The notes beneath the pieces are model-generated. The model had not been told where the DNA came from, made no database searches, and saw only the letters and a program-made list of their open reading frames with translations. Positions 18,696 through 29,605 of a stretch of DNA of 64,000 nucleotides are shown piece by piece; position 1 is the first letter of the stretch; every line of letters begins with the position of its first letter. Made by a program: the position numbers and the translations under genes. The DNA lies in assembly GCA_963777505.1 (NCBI GenBank), contig CAVZQN010000004.1:32001-96000 (forward strand), written 5' to 3'. The DNA comes from an uncultured bacterium. GTDB lineage: Bacteria > Acidobacteriota > HRBIN11 > JAKEFK01.

Positions 18696-20177
18696 ATGGA
18701 TATATCTGAAGATAAGTTTCATGATGAGTGTGCTGTGTTCGGGATTTTTGATCATCCTGAAGCAGCAAAAATGACTTACCTCGGCCTGTATTCGATGCAG
18801 CATCGCGGCCAGGAAAGTGCGGGAATTGCTATATCTGATGGCGAAAAAATAATCTGCGAACGCGGTATGGGTCAGGTCGCGGATATCTTTCGCAAGGAAC
18901 GTCTTGATTCTTTGCGCGGTCATCGGGCAATCGGACATGTTCGTTACTCCACTGCAGGTGGCAGCGACTTAAAAAATGCTCAGCCGATTTTCGTGGATTG
19001 TCACAGAGGTGAAATCTGCGTTGCTCATAATGGAAACCTCGTAAATGCGCAAATTATCCGGGATGAGTTGGAAAAAGAAGGAACAATCTTTACAACTACA
19101 TCTGATACGGAAGTCATTCTTCACTTAATCTCAAAATCACGCCAGCCAAAATTTATTGATGCACTTATTGATGCAATGGGTGCTTTGAAAGGTGCATATT
19201 CACTTGTTTTTCTAACGAATGATTGTGTAATTGGAGCGCGTGATCCATGGGGTTTCAGGCCCTTGTGTATCGGAAAACTTGGCGGCTCCTACATTCTTGC
19301 ATCCGAAACATGCGCACTCGATTTGATTGATGCGGATTATGTACGTGATGTGCGGCCAGGTGAAATTGTAATCCTGAGTGAAAAAGGGATTGAAAGCCGG
19401 TCACCATTTCCGAAACAACGTCAGTTCAGCTGCATTTTTGAGCTAGTTTATTTTGCACGACCTGATAGTAACGTTTTTGAGCGCAATGTTTATACCTCCA
19501 GATTTGAAATGGGACGCCAGCTTGCGCGCGAAGCTCCAGTTGAAGCGGATGTTGTGGTGCCAGTTCCCGATTCTGGTCTTGTTGCGGCGCTTGGCTATTC
19601 GGCTGAATCTGGAATTCCGATCGGGTTTGGTTTAATTCGTAATCACTATGTTGGACGGACTTTTATTGAACCGAAAAAGAGCATTCGCCATTTTGGTGTG
19701 AAGGTAAAATTGAACCCCGTTCGAAGTGTTTTAGAAAATAAGCGCGTAGTATTGATTGATGATTCGATCGTTCGCGGAAATACCAGCCAGAAGATTGTAA
19801 AAATGGTTCGCACCGCAGGCGCCAATGAGGTGCACTTTAGAATTAGTTGTCCGCCAACAATCGGCCCCTGTTATTACGGAATCGATACGCCAACTCGGGA
19901 AGAACTTATCGCAGCGCAAAAAACTGTCCCGGAAATCGGTGAATTTATCGGTGTAGAGTCGTTACAATATCTTAGCCTTGCAGGACTTTTACAAGCGACT
20001 GAAGATGCTGAAAATAAAATGTTCTGTACTGCCTGTTACACTGGAAAATATCCAGTCCCTGTTCCGAAAGAGGAGTATGAACAGTTGAGATTATTCCATC
20101 GTACTCACGAACATCAGGAACAGACTGAAGATCAACCTCAGCCCCAGCCTCAAGAAGCAGCTGTAATTCGCAGCTAG
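18696..20177 (+). CDS. purF: Amidophosphoribosyltransferase
   Basis: DECAVFG, QHRGQESAG, IDDSIVRG, CYYGID. Confidence 0.97.
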   Translation: MDISEDKFHDECAVFGIFDHPEAAKMTYLGLYSMQHRGQESAGIAISDGEKIICERGMGQVADIFRKERLDSLRGHRAIGHVRYSTAGGSDLKNAQPIFVDCHRGEICVAHNGNLVNAQIIRDELEKEGTIFTTTSDTEVILHLISKSRQPKFIDALIDAMGALKGAYSLVFLTNDCVIGARDPWGFRPLCIGKLGGSYILASETCALDLIDADYVRDVRPGEIVILSEKGIESRSPFPKQRQFSCIFELVYFARPDSNVFERNVYTSRFEMGRQLAREAPVEADVVVPVPDSGLVAALGYSAESGIPIGFGLIRNHYVGRTFIEPKKSIRHFGVKVKLNPVRSVLENKRVVLIDDSIVRGNTSQKIVKMVRTAGANEVHFRISCPPTIGPCYYGIDTPTREELIAAQKTVPEIGEFIGVESLQYLSLAGLLQATEDAENKMFCTACYTGKYPVPVPKEEYEQLRLFHRTHEHQEQTEDQPQPQPQEAAVIRS

Positions 20178-20208
20178 CTCTCTGCGTTTTTGCGGTTACA
20201 ATCAAGAA

Positions 20209-20844
20209 ATGAAAGGTAAGATCGCAGTCTTAATTTCAGGACGCGGCAGCAACATGAAAAGTATTGTGGTTGCTTCTAAACGCGGATTAATCCGTGCCGA
20301 TGTGACTATTGTTCTAAGCAACCGGATTAATGCTGAAGGTCTTGAATTTGCGCGGAGGGAAAATATTGAAACTGTGATTCTTCCGCACAAGGATTATCCA
20401 GATCGGGAAGATTATGACCGTAAAGTGGTGGAGATTTTGAAGGAACGTCAAATCGATCTGGTGTGTCTGGCTGGCTTTATGAGATTGTTATCGCCAATCT
20501 TTGTGCAAGCGTTCCCGAACCGGATCATGAATATTCATCCGGCTTTATTGCCATCATTTCCTGGATTGCACGCCCAAAAACAGGCGGTTGAGTATGGAGT
20601 AAAGCTCACCGGTTGCACAGTTCATTTTGTGGATGAAGGATTGGATTCAGGTCCGATCGTTCTTCAGAAGACCGTGGAAGTCAACCCAGATGACACCGAG
20701 GAAACTCTATCAGACAGGCTGCTTCCGATGGAGCATGCAGCGTATGTTGAAGCCGTCCGTCTCTTTTTTGAAAATCGCCTGCACGTTCAAGGACGCAGAG
20801 TCCTGATCGATGAGGCTGCGTCTCAGGTGAAAAATGAAACCTGA
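20209..20844 (+). CDS. purN: Phosphoribosylglycinamide formyltransferase
   Basis: [36 protein letters not shown]. Confidence 0.96.
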   Translation: MKGKIAVLISGRGSNMKSIVVASKRGLIRADVTIVLSNRINAEGLEFARRENIETVILPHKDYPDREDYDRKVVEILKERQIDLVCLAGFMRLLSPIFVQAFPNRIMNIHPALLPSFPGLHAQKQAVEYGVKLTGCTVHFVDEGLDSGPIVLQKTVEVNPDDTEETLSDRLLPMEHAAYVEAVRLFFENRLHVQGRRVLIDEAASQVKNET

Positions 20845-22031
20845 GCAACAGCTTGAATACTTAAAAAAAGGGTGCGAGGAGATCATCAAAGAAGATGATC
20901 TTCTTGAAAAGTTAAAAAAGGGAAAACCGCTTCTAGTCAAAGCAGGGTTTGATCCTACAGCACCCGATTTACATCTTGGGCATGCAGTGTTGCTGCGCAA
21001 AATGAAACACTTTCAAGATCTTGGACATCAAGTTGTCTTTTTGATTGGCGATTTTACGGGAATGATCGGTGATCCAACAGGACGCTCAGTTACACGTAAA
21101 TCTTTATCCCGCGCAGAAATCAACGAAAATGCCGAAACCTTCAAAGCTCAGGTCTTCAAGATTCTCGATCCCGAAAAAACCATTGTTGATTTTAACGGAC
21201 GTTGGCTGAGTGCCATGAATTTTTCGGATGTAATTCGTCTTTCTGCCAAATATACAGTTGCACAAATACTCGAACGCGACGATTTTGCAAAACGGATGAA
21301 AGCCGGTGTTCCAATCAGCATTCATGAAATGTTATATCCGCTCGCTCAAGGATATGATTCAGTTGCCTTGCGCGCGGATGTTGAACTTGGCGGGACTGAT
21401 CAAAAGTTCAATTTGCTTGTCGGACGTGAACTGCAAAGACAATACAAGCAGGAACCACAGGTCATTATGACGACACCACTGCTTGAAGGTCTGGACGGCG
21501 TAGAGAAAATGAGCAAGTCTTTGAACAATTATGTCGGAATTACTGAACCTCCTTCAACTATGTTTGGAAAAATGATGTCAATCAGCGATGAGCTGATGTA
21601 TCGCTACTATTTATTGCTTACTGATTTGAATGTAGAGCAGATCGAAAAGCTGAAGAAAAAACATCCGAGGCAGGTGAAGGAAGATCTTGCAAAAATTATC
21701 GTCAGTGATTTTCATGGACATGAAAGCGCGGAACAAGCGGCCCAAGAATTTCGCAAAGTCTTCACCGAGAAGAAGCTTCCTGAAGAAATGGATAGTTATT
21801 CGGTTGCCATCAGGAAATCATTCTCCGCTAGATTTGATCCGTGACAGCGGTCTTGCCAAAAGCAACTCCGATGCCCGGCGTTTAATACGGCAAGGAGCTG
21901 TTTCTCTTCTAGAAGAGAATGGTAATAGCCGGAAAGTTGAAGATGAAAAAGAAGTTTTAGCCTTGAACTCTGGGGAAGCATTTGTTCTAAAAGTCGGCCC
22001 TCGCCGGTTTAAGCGAATACAAGTTACTTGA
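20834..22031 (+). CDS. tyrS: Tyrosine--tRNA ligase with a +1 frameshift near 21802 separating the C-terminal S4 domain
   Basis: [13 protein letters not shown] and KMSKS. The S4 domain ([14 protein letters not shown]...KVGPRRF) is in another frame. Confidence 0.93.
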
Positions 22032-22095
22032 ACCTTGACGTCTTGTTGATTAAATTGATTGTGTTCGCTTCAATCAAAAAAACAGGAAGAGTGGC

Positions 22096-22476
22096 ATGAG
22101 CAAATTAATTGATTTTGTTCGAAGTCTTGCTGAAGACGAAAGAATTCCTCTGCGAAATCGTGTTGTACTGGGAGGCTTACTCACTTATCTCCTTACACCG
22201 ATCGACATCATTCCGGATTTTATTCCTATTCTGGGCTGGCTTGATGATGCATTCATAACGCTGGTAATACTGGACTACATTTTCAATTCGGCCGATACAG
22301 ACATAATTTTGGAACATTATCCCTGGAACAAAGACCGTTTTCGAAAAATGCAAACATATGTGGATCGTTTATCCTGGCTCATTCCTCCTACGGTTAAAAA
22401 AATCCTTTTCACTCAGGCCGGCAAGTATGCACTAGAAAAAAGATCGCATGACGCCAGTCTTCAAGAACATCAATAA
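22096..22476 (+). CDS. YkvA/DUF1232 membrane protein
   Basis: YLLTPIDIIPDFIPILGWLDD. Confidence 0.9.
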   Translation: MSKLIDFVRSLAEDERIPLRNRVVLGGLLTYLLTPIDIIPDFIPILGWLDDAFITLVILDYIFNSADTDIILEHYPWNKDRFRKMQTYVDRLSWLIPPTVKKILFTQAGKYALEKRSHDASLQEHQ

Positions 22477-22533
22477 AGCGATTATGGTAGGGGCCGGTCC
22501 TGGACCCGCACGAATTTTAAGCGAGCGGTACTG

Positions 22534-23652
22534 ATGAAGGTGCTGCTCATTCACGCGACAATTGGTTGGGGCCACAAACGTGCGGCATTAGCGCTAGCTG
22601 AAGCATTTAAACAACGCGGAATCGACGCAGATGTTCGTGATCTTCTTGATTTTTTGCCTTGGCCGCTCTCGCGCATGTATCCCGGCGCATATTCACTTCT
22701 GGTCAGCAGATGCCGTCCGCTCTGGCGGCTGTTTTATAAAATGAATGATTGGCCGAAATCGCCATACGCACCTGCAACGGATTGGACACAGCGATGGCAG
22801 TTCAGCAAGTTACTTACCTTTCTGGAAACGACCCATTATGATTGCATTGTTTCAACACACTTCACACCTTCAGCTCTACTACTGGATTGGCGAAAGAAAT
22901 TCGGATGGGATCAAAAACTCTATTCTGTGGTGACTGACTTCATTTCGCATCGCTGTTGGAAGCGCAATGGGCTTGATCATTATTTTGTTCCGGCCGATGA
23001 TATTCGAAATCAACTGGTTGATGCAGGTTTCATCCGTGAAAAGATTACGGTGAGTGGAATTCCGATCTCCAGCGCCTTTTCACAATCATTGGATCGCGAA
23101 ACGTGCCGCAGAGAATGGAATATCGGTGCTGATGAAAAGTTGATTCTTATACTCAGTTCAGGTTTAAGTCCAAAAAAGACTCGCGCAATGATACAGGATT
23201 TAAAAGAAGTACCAGGAAAAATCCATTTTCTCGTTAGCGCAGGCAAGGATGCACCTCGAGAACAGCAAGTCAAGGATTACTGCAAGGGAGATAATCGATT
23301 TTCGGTTTTTGGTTTTTCACCAAGAATCGCTGAGATGATGCGCGCTGCGGATATATTGATTTCAAAACCGGGCGGACTCACAGTCTCGGAAGCTCTTTCA
23401 TTCGGCTTGCCCCAAATTTTGTTTTCTCCAATTCCAGGTCAGGAAGAAGCGAATGCACAATATGTAGTTCAAAATGGTGCAGGTTTATGTATTGAAGCAA
23501 AACGAGGTGAGTTCAAAGATGCGCTTTTGAGCTTGCTTGAAAATCCACAAGCACTCAATAAAACAAAAGCTGCGGCGCTGAGCCTGGCCAAACCAGAAGC
23601 TGCAACAGTTATCGTCGATTTCATTCTCGCAGAATCCCGATTGCAAATTTAA
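22534..23652 (+). CDS. Diacylglycerol glycosyltransferase (MGDG synthase/UgtP-like, GT28)
   Basis: IGWGHKRAA, IVSTHF, VVTDF..H..W, SKPGGLTVSEA, PIPGQEEAN. Confidence 0.88.
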   Translation: MKVLLIHATIGWGHKRAALALAEAFKQRGIDADVRDLLDFLPWPLSRMYPGAYSLLVSRCRPLWRLFYKMNDWPKSPYAPATDWTQRWQFSKLLTFLETTHYDCIVSTHFTPSALLLDWRKKFGWDQKLYSVVTDFISHRCWKRNGLDHYFVPADDIRNQLVDAGFIREKITVSGIPISSAFSQSLDRETCRREWNIGADEKLILILSSGLSPKKTRAMIQDLKEVPGKIHFLVSAGKDAPREQQVKDYCKGDNRFSVFGFSPRIAEMMRAADILISKPGGLTVSEALSFGLPQILFSPIPGQEEANAQYVVQNGAGLCIEAKRGEFKDALLSLLENPQALNKTKAAALSLAKPEAATVIVDFILAESRLQI

Positions 23653-23741
23653 TATTAAGTTATTGTAAAAGATTCAATTATTCAGTAGACTATTTCAGTC
23701 CCAAACTTACTTCTCCAAACACTTGCTAGGTCATTATATAT

Positions 23742-24614
23742 ATGTTGGGCGTGATCGCTATTCCTGTCGTTGAAGCAAATCTATTACGCACACGACTACG
23801 CAATCTACTCAGTCTTCGTGAAGAGTTTCTAATCAATCCACAGCAGGAAACAATTCATGATCTTCGTGTCGCGTCTCGTCGAACACGAGAGTTGTTGGAT
23901 TACCTGCAGCCAGTTCTTCCTGAGAAAATCCAGGCAAGATTAATGGCCCTTTCGCGACGGATTACAAAGGGTCTCGGGGCAGCGAGAGAAGCAGAAGTTA
24001 ACCTTGCTATCCTGACTGAGTTGAGCGATCAACGAAAAATTGATCCTGTTGCAGCTGAACTTCTTCTCCACAACCAAAAATTGCGATTTGAGAAAGGACA
24101 TCAAAAGGCAAGAAAAAGAATTTCTCATCAGAAGTATCGTTATTTTGATAAGTTTTTGCTGACTTTGAAGGGAACGCACGCAATTCCTGTAACGGAATCA
24201 GCGGTTCTTCATAAAAGGCATCTGGATTTCGTTTCATTTACATGGGACAGCCTTCCGAATGATGATCGATTACACGATCTCCGCATCCGCACAAAGAAGT
24301 TTCGTTACGCAGTAGAGATTCATAACCGCATTCATAAAAGAAGACTCGGTCATTTTGTTCGTAAAATCCGGAATCTTCAGGAAGTGTTGGGAAGGATCCA
24401 TGATTTATATGTTCTAGAACTGGCGACGACTAACATGATTGAAGAATGGGACGACTCATCTTTGAAAATTGTACCTTCAACTCTCCGGTTTAATCACGAC
24501 ATTATTCTTAGTGAGAAACAATCGTTATATCAGCTTGTATATCCCCGATATTCCAAAATCCTGGAAAGCTCCCAGAGCATGTTCCTTCATCCGTCTCACG
24601 CCGCTGCGGTTTAA
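23742..24614 (+). CDS. CHAD domain (polyphosphate-binding) protein
   Basis: IHDLRVASRR, LHDLRIRTKKFRY, LQEVLGRIHD. Confidence 0.9.
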   Translation: MLGVIAIPVVEANLLRTRLRNLLSLREEFLINPQQETIHDLRVASRRTRELLDYLQPVLPEKIQARLMALSRRITKGLGAAREAEVNLAILTELSDQRKIDPVAAELLLHNQKLRFEKGHQKARKRISHQKYRYFDKFLLTLKGTHAIPVTESAVLHKRHLDFVSFTWDSLPNDDRLHDLRIRTKKFRYAVEIHNRIHKRRLGHFVRKIRNLQEVLGRIHDLYVLELATTNMIEEWDDSSLKIVPSTLRFNHDIILSEKQSLYQLVYPRYSKILESSQSMFLHPSHAAAV

Positions 24615-24664
24615 CAAACCCTTAACAGATATTCAATTTCCTTGTGATGAATTACACGTATCGT
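24611..24664 (+). promoter_or_regulatory. Pho-box-like array plus -10, upstream of the PAP2 gene
   Basis: TTAACA-N5-TTAACA-N5-TCAATT-N5-GTGATG-N9-TATCGT. Confidence 0.65.
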
Positions 24665-24678
24665 AGTAGTAGGAAGAT

Positions 24679-25200
24679 ATGACAAAGATAGTATCTACGC
24701 TACGTAACTGGGATGATCGTCTGGTGCTGGATGTTGCACATCGCAGAAACGAGGCCATGAACTCGTTGATGAGTTTTGCAACAAAATTAGGCGATGGTTG
24801 GGCATGGCTCTTTTTGAGTTTGCTTATAGCCGTGTTTGATCCATTGAATCTGAAGCATTCATTGCTTCCGATGAGCATCGGTCTACTGATAGAATTCCCT
24901 TTGCAATTAGTTCTAAAAAATTCGTTTTCACGACCTCGCCCTTTTGAGATTTGTGACGGCGTCGGTTGTCTTGTCAGACCAGGTGATCGCTATTCGTTTC
25001 CTTCAGGACATATGTCTTGCGCCGTAGTTGTTATGACAGTGATCGGAAGTGTATACAGCTGGCTGTTTATTCCACTCTTTTTGCTTGCATTAATGATAGG
25101 CATTTCGCGCGTTTATCTTGGTGTTCACTATCCGACTGATGTTCTGGCTGGTGCCGTACTGGGTTTTCTGAGCGGGAGTCTTGCTCTGTGGCTCATATAA
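24679..25200 (+). CDS. PAP2 family membrane phosphatase
   Basis: Motifs KX4-SRPRP, SFPSGH, SRVYLGVHYPTD. Confidence 0.92.
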   Translation: MTKIVSTLRNWDDRLVLDVAHRRNEAMNSLMSFATKLGDGWAWLFLSLLIAVFDPLNLKHSLLPMSIGLLIEFPLQLVLKNSFSRPRPFEICDGVGCLVRPGDRYSFPSGHMSCAVVVMTVIGSVYSWLFIPLFLLALMIGISRVYLGVHYPTDVLAGAVLGFLSGSLALWLI

Positions 25201-25250
25201 CCTGAAATTTACAAATTCGTAATAGGCGTTTTACATTGAGCTCCTAGAAT
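25197..25250 (+). promoter_or_regulatory. Pho-box-like array plus -10, upstream of the PlcP/LpxH-like gene
   Basis: ATAACC-N5-TTTACA-N5-GTAATA-N5-TTTACA-N9-TAGAAT. Confidence 0.7.
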
Positions 25251-25281
25251 CAAGGGTGATGAAAAGGGATGGAGTTCAGTA

Positions 25282-26085
25282 TTGCTGGAGAGATTGTTCA
25301 ATTTTTCGGAACGCCGCAATGTGCTGAATAAAGTGGTAGCGGTTCAGCCGGCTTCGTCCTTAAGTACCCTCATTGAATATGATGTAATCATCATCAGCGA
25401 CATCCACTTTGGAAGCCCCATGTGTCAGGCAAAGGAATTGGATGCGTTTCTTTCAAACATTCGTGTCAAACATTTAATTCTTGCGGGTGATGTATTTGAT
25501 GATTTGAAATTTAATCGGCTGCAACATTGGCACTGGCAAGCACTGGGTCGTCTTCGAAAAATATCGGACCACTGTCAGGTGATATGGATCCGCGGAAATC
25601 ATGACACAGTGTCGGCTCGAACGATGTCCCACCTTTTGGGAGTTGAAGTACGGAACAATTTTGATTGGACAACGGATGGAAAGAAGTTCTTTGTCATTCA
25701 TGGTGATCGATGGGATACCTTCATTTATAAACACCAGAGGCTGACTTCACTAACGACCTGGATCTACAATGCGCTGATGAAGTTCAATACAGCCGGCGCG
25801 AGAAAATTTTCAAAATGGTTAAAGCGAAAAGCGAAGCTGCTAACACGAAACAGTGAAGCAGTACTCTATGGTGCAATCCACTTTGCGAAAAGGAAAGGTT
25901 ATGACGCAATTTTTTGCGGCCATACCCATATGGCAATGCTAACCAGGGTTGATGAAATCATTTACGGAAACGATGGCACATGGCAATCGGATGATCCGCA
26001 TTTCATAGGCATCAAAGACAACCGTGTCGAACTTTGCGTATACTTAAACAACAGGGTATCAATAGTCGAAACGAAACATTTGTAG
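25282..26085 (+). CDS. LpxH/PlcP-like calcineurin-type metallophosphoesterase
   Basis: SDIHFG, GDVFD, GNHD, HGDRWD, CGHTH. Confidence 0.85.
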   Translation: MLERLFNFSERRNVLNKVVAVQPASSLSTLIEYDVIIISDIHFGSPMCQAKELDAFLSNIRVKHLILAGDVFDDLKFNRLQHWHWQALGRLRKISDHCQVIWIRGNHDTVSARTMSHLLGVEVRNNFDWTTDGKKFFVIHGDRWDTFIYKHQRLTSLTTWIYNALMKFNTAGARKFSKWLKRKAKLLTRNSEAVLYGAIHFAKRKGYDAIFCGHTHMAMLTRVDEIIYGNDGTWQSDDPHFIGIKDNRVELCVYLNNRVSIVETKHL

Positions 26086-26124
26086 CTACACCTTGTCTGT
26101 TTACTCTCCTAAGACACTTTACAT

Positions 26125-27561
26125 ATGAATATCCCTTCCAATAGCGCAGAGATTAATCTGGATTCTTTGGTTGAAGAAGTGCGTTTGCTTCTTCAACGTC
26201 AAAAAGTTGTCGAAGGTCTTGTTTCACGTCAAGCAGGTCCAAATCAAGAAGTTTTGGAAATGCTAACGTACCGACAACATTTGGCGGAAATGCAAAACAG
26301 GCTGGCTTCAAGACATCCAGCAGACATCGCTTTTGTATTGGAATCACTTTCATTGGAAGAAAGGCAGCGGATCTGGAATCAAATTTGGAAAATATGCGGG
26401 GCCAATGTTTTGCTTGAGCTTAGCGAAAGCATCCGGAAAGGACTTGTTGAATCACTATCAAGGGAAGAACTGATTGCGTTATTAAAACAAGTTGGAGTCG
26501 ATGATTTGTCAGCACTCGCGAATTCCATTCCTAAAGATGTTCTGGAAGAAGTCTATCGCTCTCTTGATTCTCAGGCTCAACAATGGGTTGTTTCATCGAT
26601 CGCATATCCTGATGGCACAGTTGGACAGTTGATGACGCATCACTTTGTTGCGGTAAGAATCGAACGGAAACTGGAAGACGTATTGTTTGAGCTTCGTGGA
26701 AGAGAACTTCCCCTTCAGCTTGATTCAGTATACGTTGTTGATTCACGCCATGCATTGCTTGGAGTCTTACCGCTTTCCCGAATGTTAAGCGCGAGCCCTG
26801 AACGAATGATTCAGGAAGTCATTGATGTGAGCCCTGTTATTCTTTCTCCTTACCAAAAAGCAAATGAGGCCGCGAAAGCGTTTGAAAGATACGATTTGCT
26901 TTCCGCCCCGGTGATTGATGAACGCAAGCGTTTAGTCGGACGCGTAACAGTTGAATCGATTATGGATTTTCTGCGTAAGCAGACGCATGAAGATGCACTG
27001 AAGCTTGCAGGACTTCAAGGTGAAGAAGATATTTTTGCTTCCATTTGGGCGAGCGCACGAAACCGCTGGTTCTGGCTTGCGCTAAATCTTGTGACTGCTT
27101 TTATTGCCTCCCGGGTTATTGGAATGTTTGAGGAAGCGATCGGAAAGCTGGTAGCCCTGGCAGCCTTAATGCCCATTGTGGCAAGCATTGGAGGAAACAC
27201 TGGAAATCAAACAGTTGCGTTAATTATCCGGGGGCTTGCACTCGATCGGGTAAGCCGTAGCAACATTGTTTACCTTTTGTTAAAAGAAATTCGTATTAGC
27301 GCATTAAATGGTTTTGTCTGGGGTGGATTGATGGGTTTGCTAACAATGGCGCTTTACCAGAATGTTTCGCTTGGACTTGTTATGGCAGCCGCAATGATTT
27401 TGAACCTTTTGGTAGCTGCCCTTGTCGGAGTCGGAGTTCCCCTACTCCTTGACCGTTTTGGTTATGATCCAGCCCAGGGTTCAAGTGTCCTTCTGACTTT
27501 CACTACAGACAGCATGGGATTTTTTATTTTCCTGGGTTTGGCATCTGTTTTTCTTTTGTAG
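26125..27561 (+). CDS. mgtE: Magnesium transporter MgtE
   Basis: HPADIAFVLE, CBS pair, MPIVASIGGNTGNQT, DPAQGS..LT..TD. Confidence 0.95.
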   Translation: MNIPSNSAEINLDSLVEEVRLLLQRQKVVEGLVSRQAGPNQEVLEMLTYRQHLAEMQNRLASRHPADIAFVLESLSLEERQRIWNQIWKICGANVLLELSESIRKGLVESLSREELIALLKQVGVDDLSALANSIPKDVLEEVYRSLDSQAQQWVVSSIAYPDGTVGQLMTHHFVAVRIERKLEDVLFELRGRELPLQLDSVYVVDSRHALLGVLPLSRMLSASPERMIQEVIDVSPVILSPYQKANEAAKAFERYDLLSAPVIDERKRLVGRVTVESIMDFLRKQTHEDALKLAGLQGEEDIFASIWASARNRWFWLALNLVTAFIASRVIGMFEEAIGKLVALAALMPIVASIGGNTGNQTVALIIRGLALDRVSRSNIVYLLLKEIRISALNGFVWGGLMGLLTMALYQNVSLGLVMAAAMILNLLVAALVGVGVPLLLDRFGYDPAQGSSVLLTFTTDSMGFFIFLGLASVFLL

Positions 27562-27598
27562 TAGCGATCTAGAAAGAGATTCAGTATTCTTAATATGA

Positions 27599-29599
27599 AT
27601 GCGTTTGATGTTTGTTCTATCCTTACTTCTATTCGCAATTCATAGTTCTGCCTCTGACATTGTATCCACCACACCCTATGTTGATCAGAATATAGATCCT
27701 TGCAGAAATTTTTATCTGTTTGCTTGCGGCAGCTGGCTTAAAAGCAATCCAATTCCTTCAAGCCGATCCAGCCATGACCGCTTTGATGAAGTTCGTCAAA
27801 GTAATCAACAAATTCTAAAAATGATTCTTGAAAAGGCGTCAGAAAATTCTGATAGAAACCTTCTGGATCAGAAACTCGGTGATTATTTTGCTTCCTGCAC
27901 GGATGAAAAGCAGATTCAGCAAATAGGTATCGAAGCAATACGAGGTGAGCTCAATAAGATTTCAAGCATGGATTCTGTGGATGCATTGGAGGAACTCACT
28001 GGATTGTTTCACAGAATGAACATTCGAGTCCTTTTTCAGCTTCGTCCTACGTCTGAAGCCGGAGACGGTTCGTTGATGGTGGCGGAACTCAGGCAGGGCG
28101 GTTTAGGACTTCCTGACCGCGACTATTACACTGGCGATGACCTCAAATCAATCTCATTACGCGAATCGTACTTAAATCACATCAGAAAGATGTTTGAACT
28201 TTCAGGTGAGAGTTCCGAAAATGCTACAAAAGGAGCACAAGCTGTTTTAGACATTGAGATTTCATTAGCGAACAAATCACTGACAAGTCAGAAACTGCAA
28301 AACCCTGAACGCGTTGTGCATAAATTGACGCTTGAAAAAATACAAGATTTCACACCTTCGTTTTCATGGGATCAATATCTAAATACTGTGCAAGCTCCTG
28401 TATTCGATTCAGTGATTGTGACTCCACCAGAAGTTTTTGTGGAGATCGAAAGCCTGATACGGACCAGAACAGTTGAAGATTGGAAATATTATTTTCGATG
28501 GCATCTTCTTCGTGTCTTCTCTCCTTATTTATCCTCGGAATTTCAGGAGGAACGCGCCCAGTTTTATGAGTTCCGCTTAAATGGTTCGATCGAAATTAAG
28601 CCGAGATGGCTTCAGTGCTTGGATTTTACAGAATCAGCTTTAGGCGATGCGCTGAGCAAAAAGTTTATTGATGAAACTCTGACTGAAAATGGTAGAAACC
28701 GTTTAACTGTGATGATTCAGGCGTTAAAAGGATCAATCGGTAAAAAGATTGCGGAGCTTTCCTGGTTTTCGGAAGAATCTCGAAAAGAAGCTCTTATAAA
28801 ACTCAATGCAATTGAAGGCAGAATCGATAATCCCGAAGCGAGATTGAGTTATGAGAACGTGAGTATTGTTCGTAACAACTGGATTGCGAATGTAATTAGT
28901 GCGCAGCAGTCTTTGTTTCAACAGCAGTTAAGAAGAATTGGAAAACCTGTGAATCGCAGAGAGTGGAGGATTAGCCCATCTTCCACAAATGCTTTTTACA
29001 ATCCGGCACTGAATGAAATTGTTTTTACAGCGGGAATATTACAGCCGCCATTTTTTGATGAAAAAGCAGATGAAGCAGCAAACTTTGGGGCTATCGGTGC
29101 AATCATTGCCCATGAATTAACTCACGCTTTTGATGAAAATGGACGCAACTTTGATTCAAAAGGAAATCCACGTGATTGGTGGACTGAATCAGATCGAAAA
29201 GAATTTGCAACTCGAGCTGCATGTTTTATTGAACAGTACGGTAAATACAGAGCCGGCGGTCTTTACAATATGAATGGGCATCTCACTCTGAGTGAAAATA
29301 TCGCTGATCATGGCGGGCTTCGGTTCGCTTACGAAGCCTATCGTGACCTTAGAAATATATCAGATCCAACCGATTCACTTGTCAATTTTGCAGAACAGAG
29401 TTTCTTTTTATCATGGGCTCAGATGTGGTGTGAAAATCAAACCGACGAATGGACTCGAATGAGAGTTATGGATGATATTCATTCCCTCGGTTGGTATCGC
29501 ACGAATGGAGTCGTAGGTGCTCTCCCAGAGTTTGGAACAGCTTTCGGCTGCGCCGAAGATGCTTCAATGGTTCAAAAAGATCCCTGCCGCGTTTGGTGA
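27599..29599 (+). CDS. M13 family (neprilysin/PepO-like) metallopeptidase, secreted
   Basis: DPCRNFYLFACG, NAFY, HELTH, ENIADHGG, terminal CRVW. Confidence 0.93.
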   Translation: MRLMFVLSLLLFAIHSSASDIVSTTPYVDQNIDPCRNFYLFACGSWLKSNPIPSSRSSHDRFDEVRQSNQQILKMILEKASENSDRNLLDQKLGDYFASCTDEKQIQQIGIEAIRGELNKISSMDSVDALEELTGLFHRMNIRVLFQLRPTSEAGDGSLMVAELRQGGLGLPDRDYYTGDDLKSISLRESYLNHIRKMFELSGESSENATKGAQAVLDIEISLANKSLTSQKLQNPERVVHKLTLEKIQDFTPSFSWDQYLNTVQAPVFDSVIVTPPEVFVEIESLIRTRTVEDWKYYFRWHLLRVFSPYLSSEFQEERAQFYEFRLNGSIEIKPRWLQCLDFTESALGDALSKKFIDETLTENGRNRLTVMIQALKGSIGKKIAELSWFSEESRKEALIKLNAIEGRIDNPEARLSYENVSIVRNNWIANVISAQQSLFQQQLRRIGKPVNRREWRISPSSTNAFYNPALNEIVFTAGILQPPFFDEKADEAANFGAIGAIIAHELTHAFDENGRNFDSKGNPRDWWTESDRKEFATRAACFIEQYGKYRAGGLYNMNGHLTLSENIADHGGLRFAYEAYRDLRNISDPTDSLVNFAEQSFFLSWAQMWCENQTDEWTRMRVMDDIHSLGWYRTNGVVGALPEFGTAFGCAEDASMVQKDPCRVW

Positions 29600-29605
29600 T
29601 CCGCC

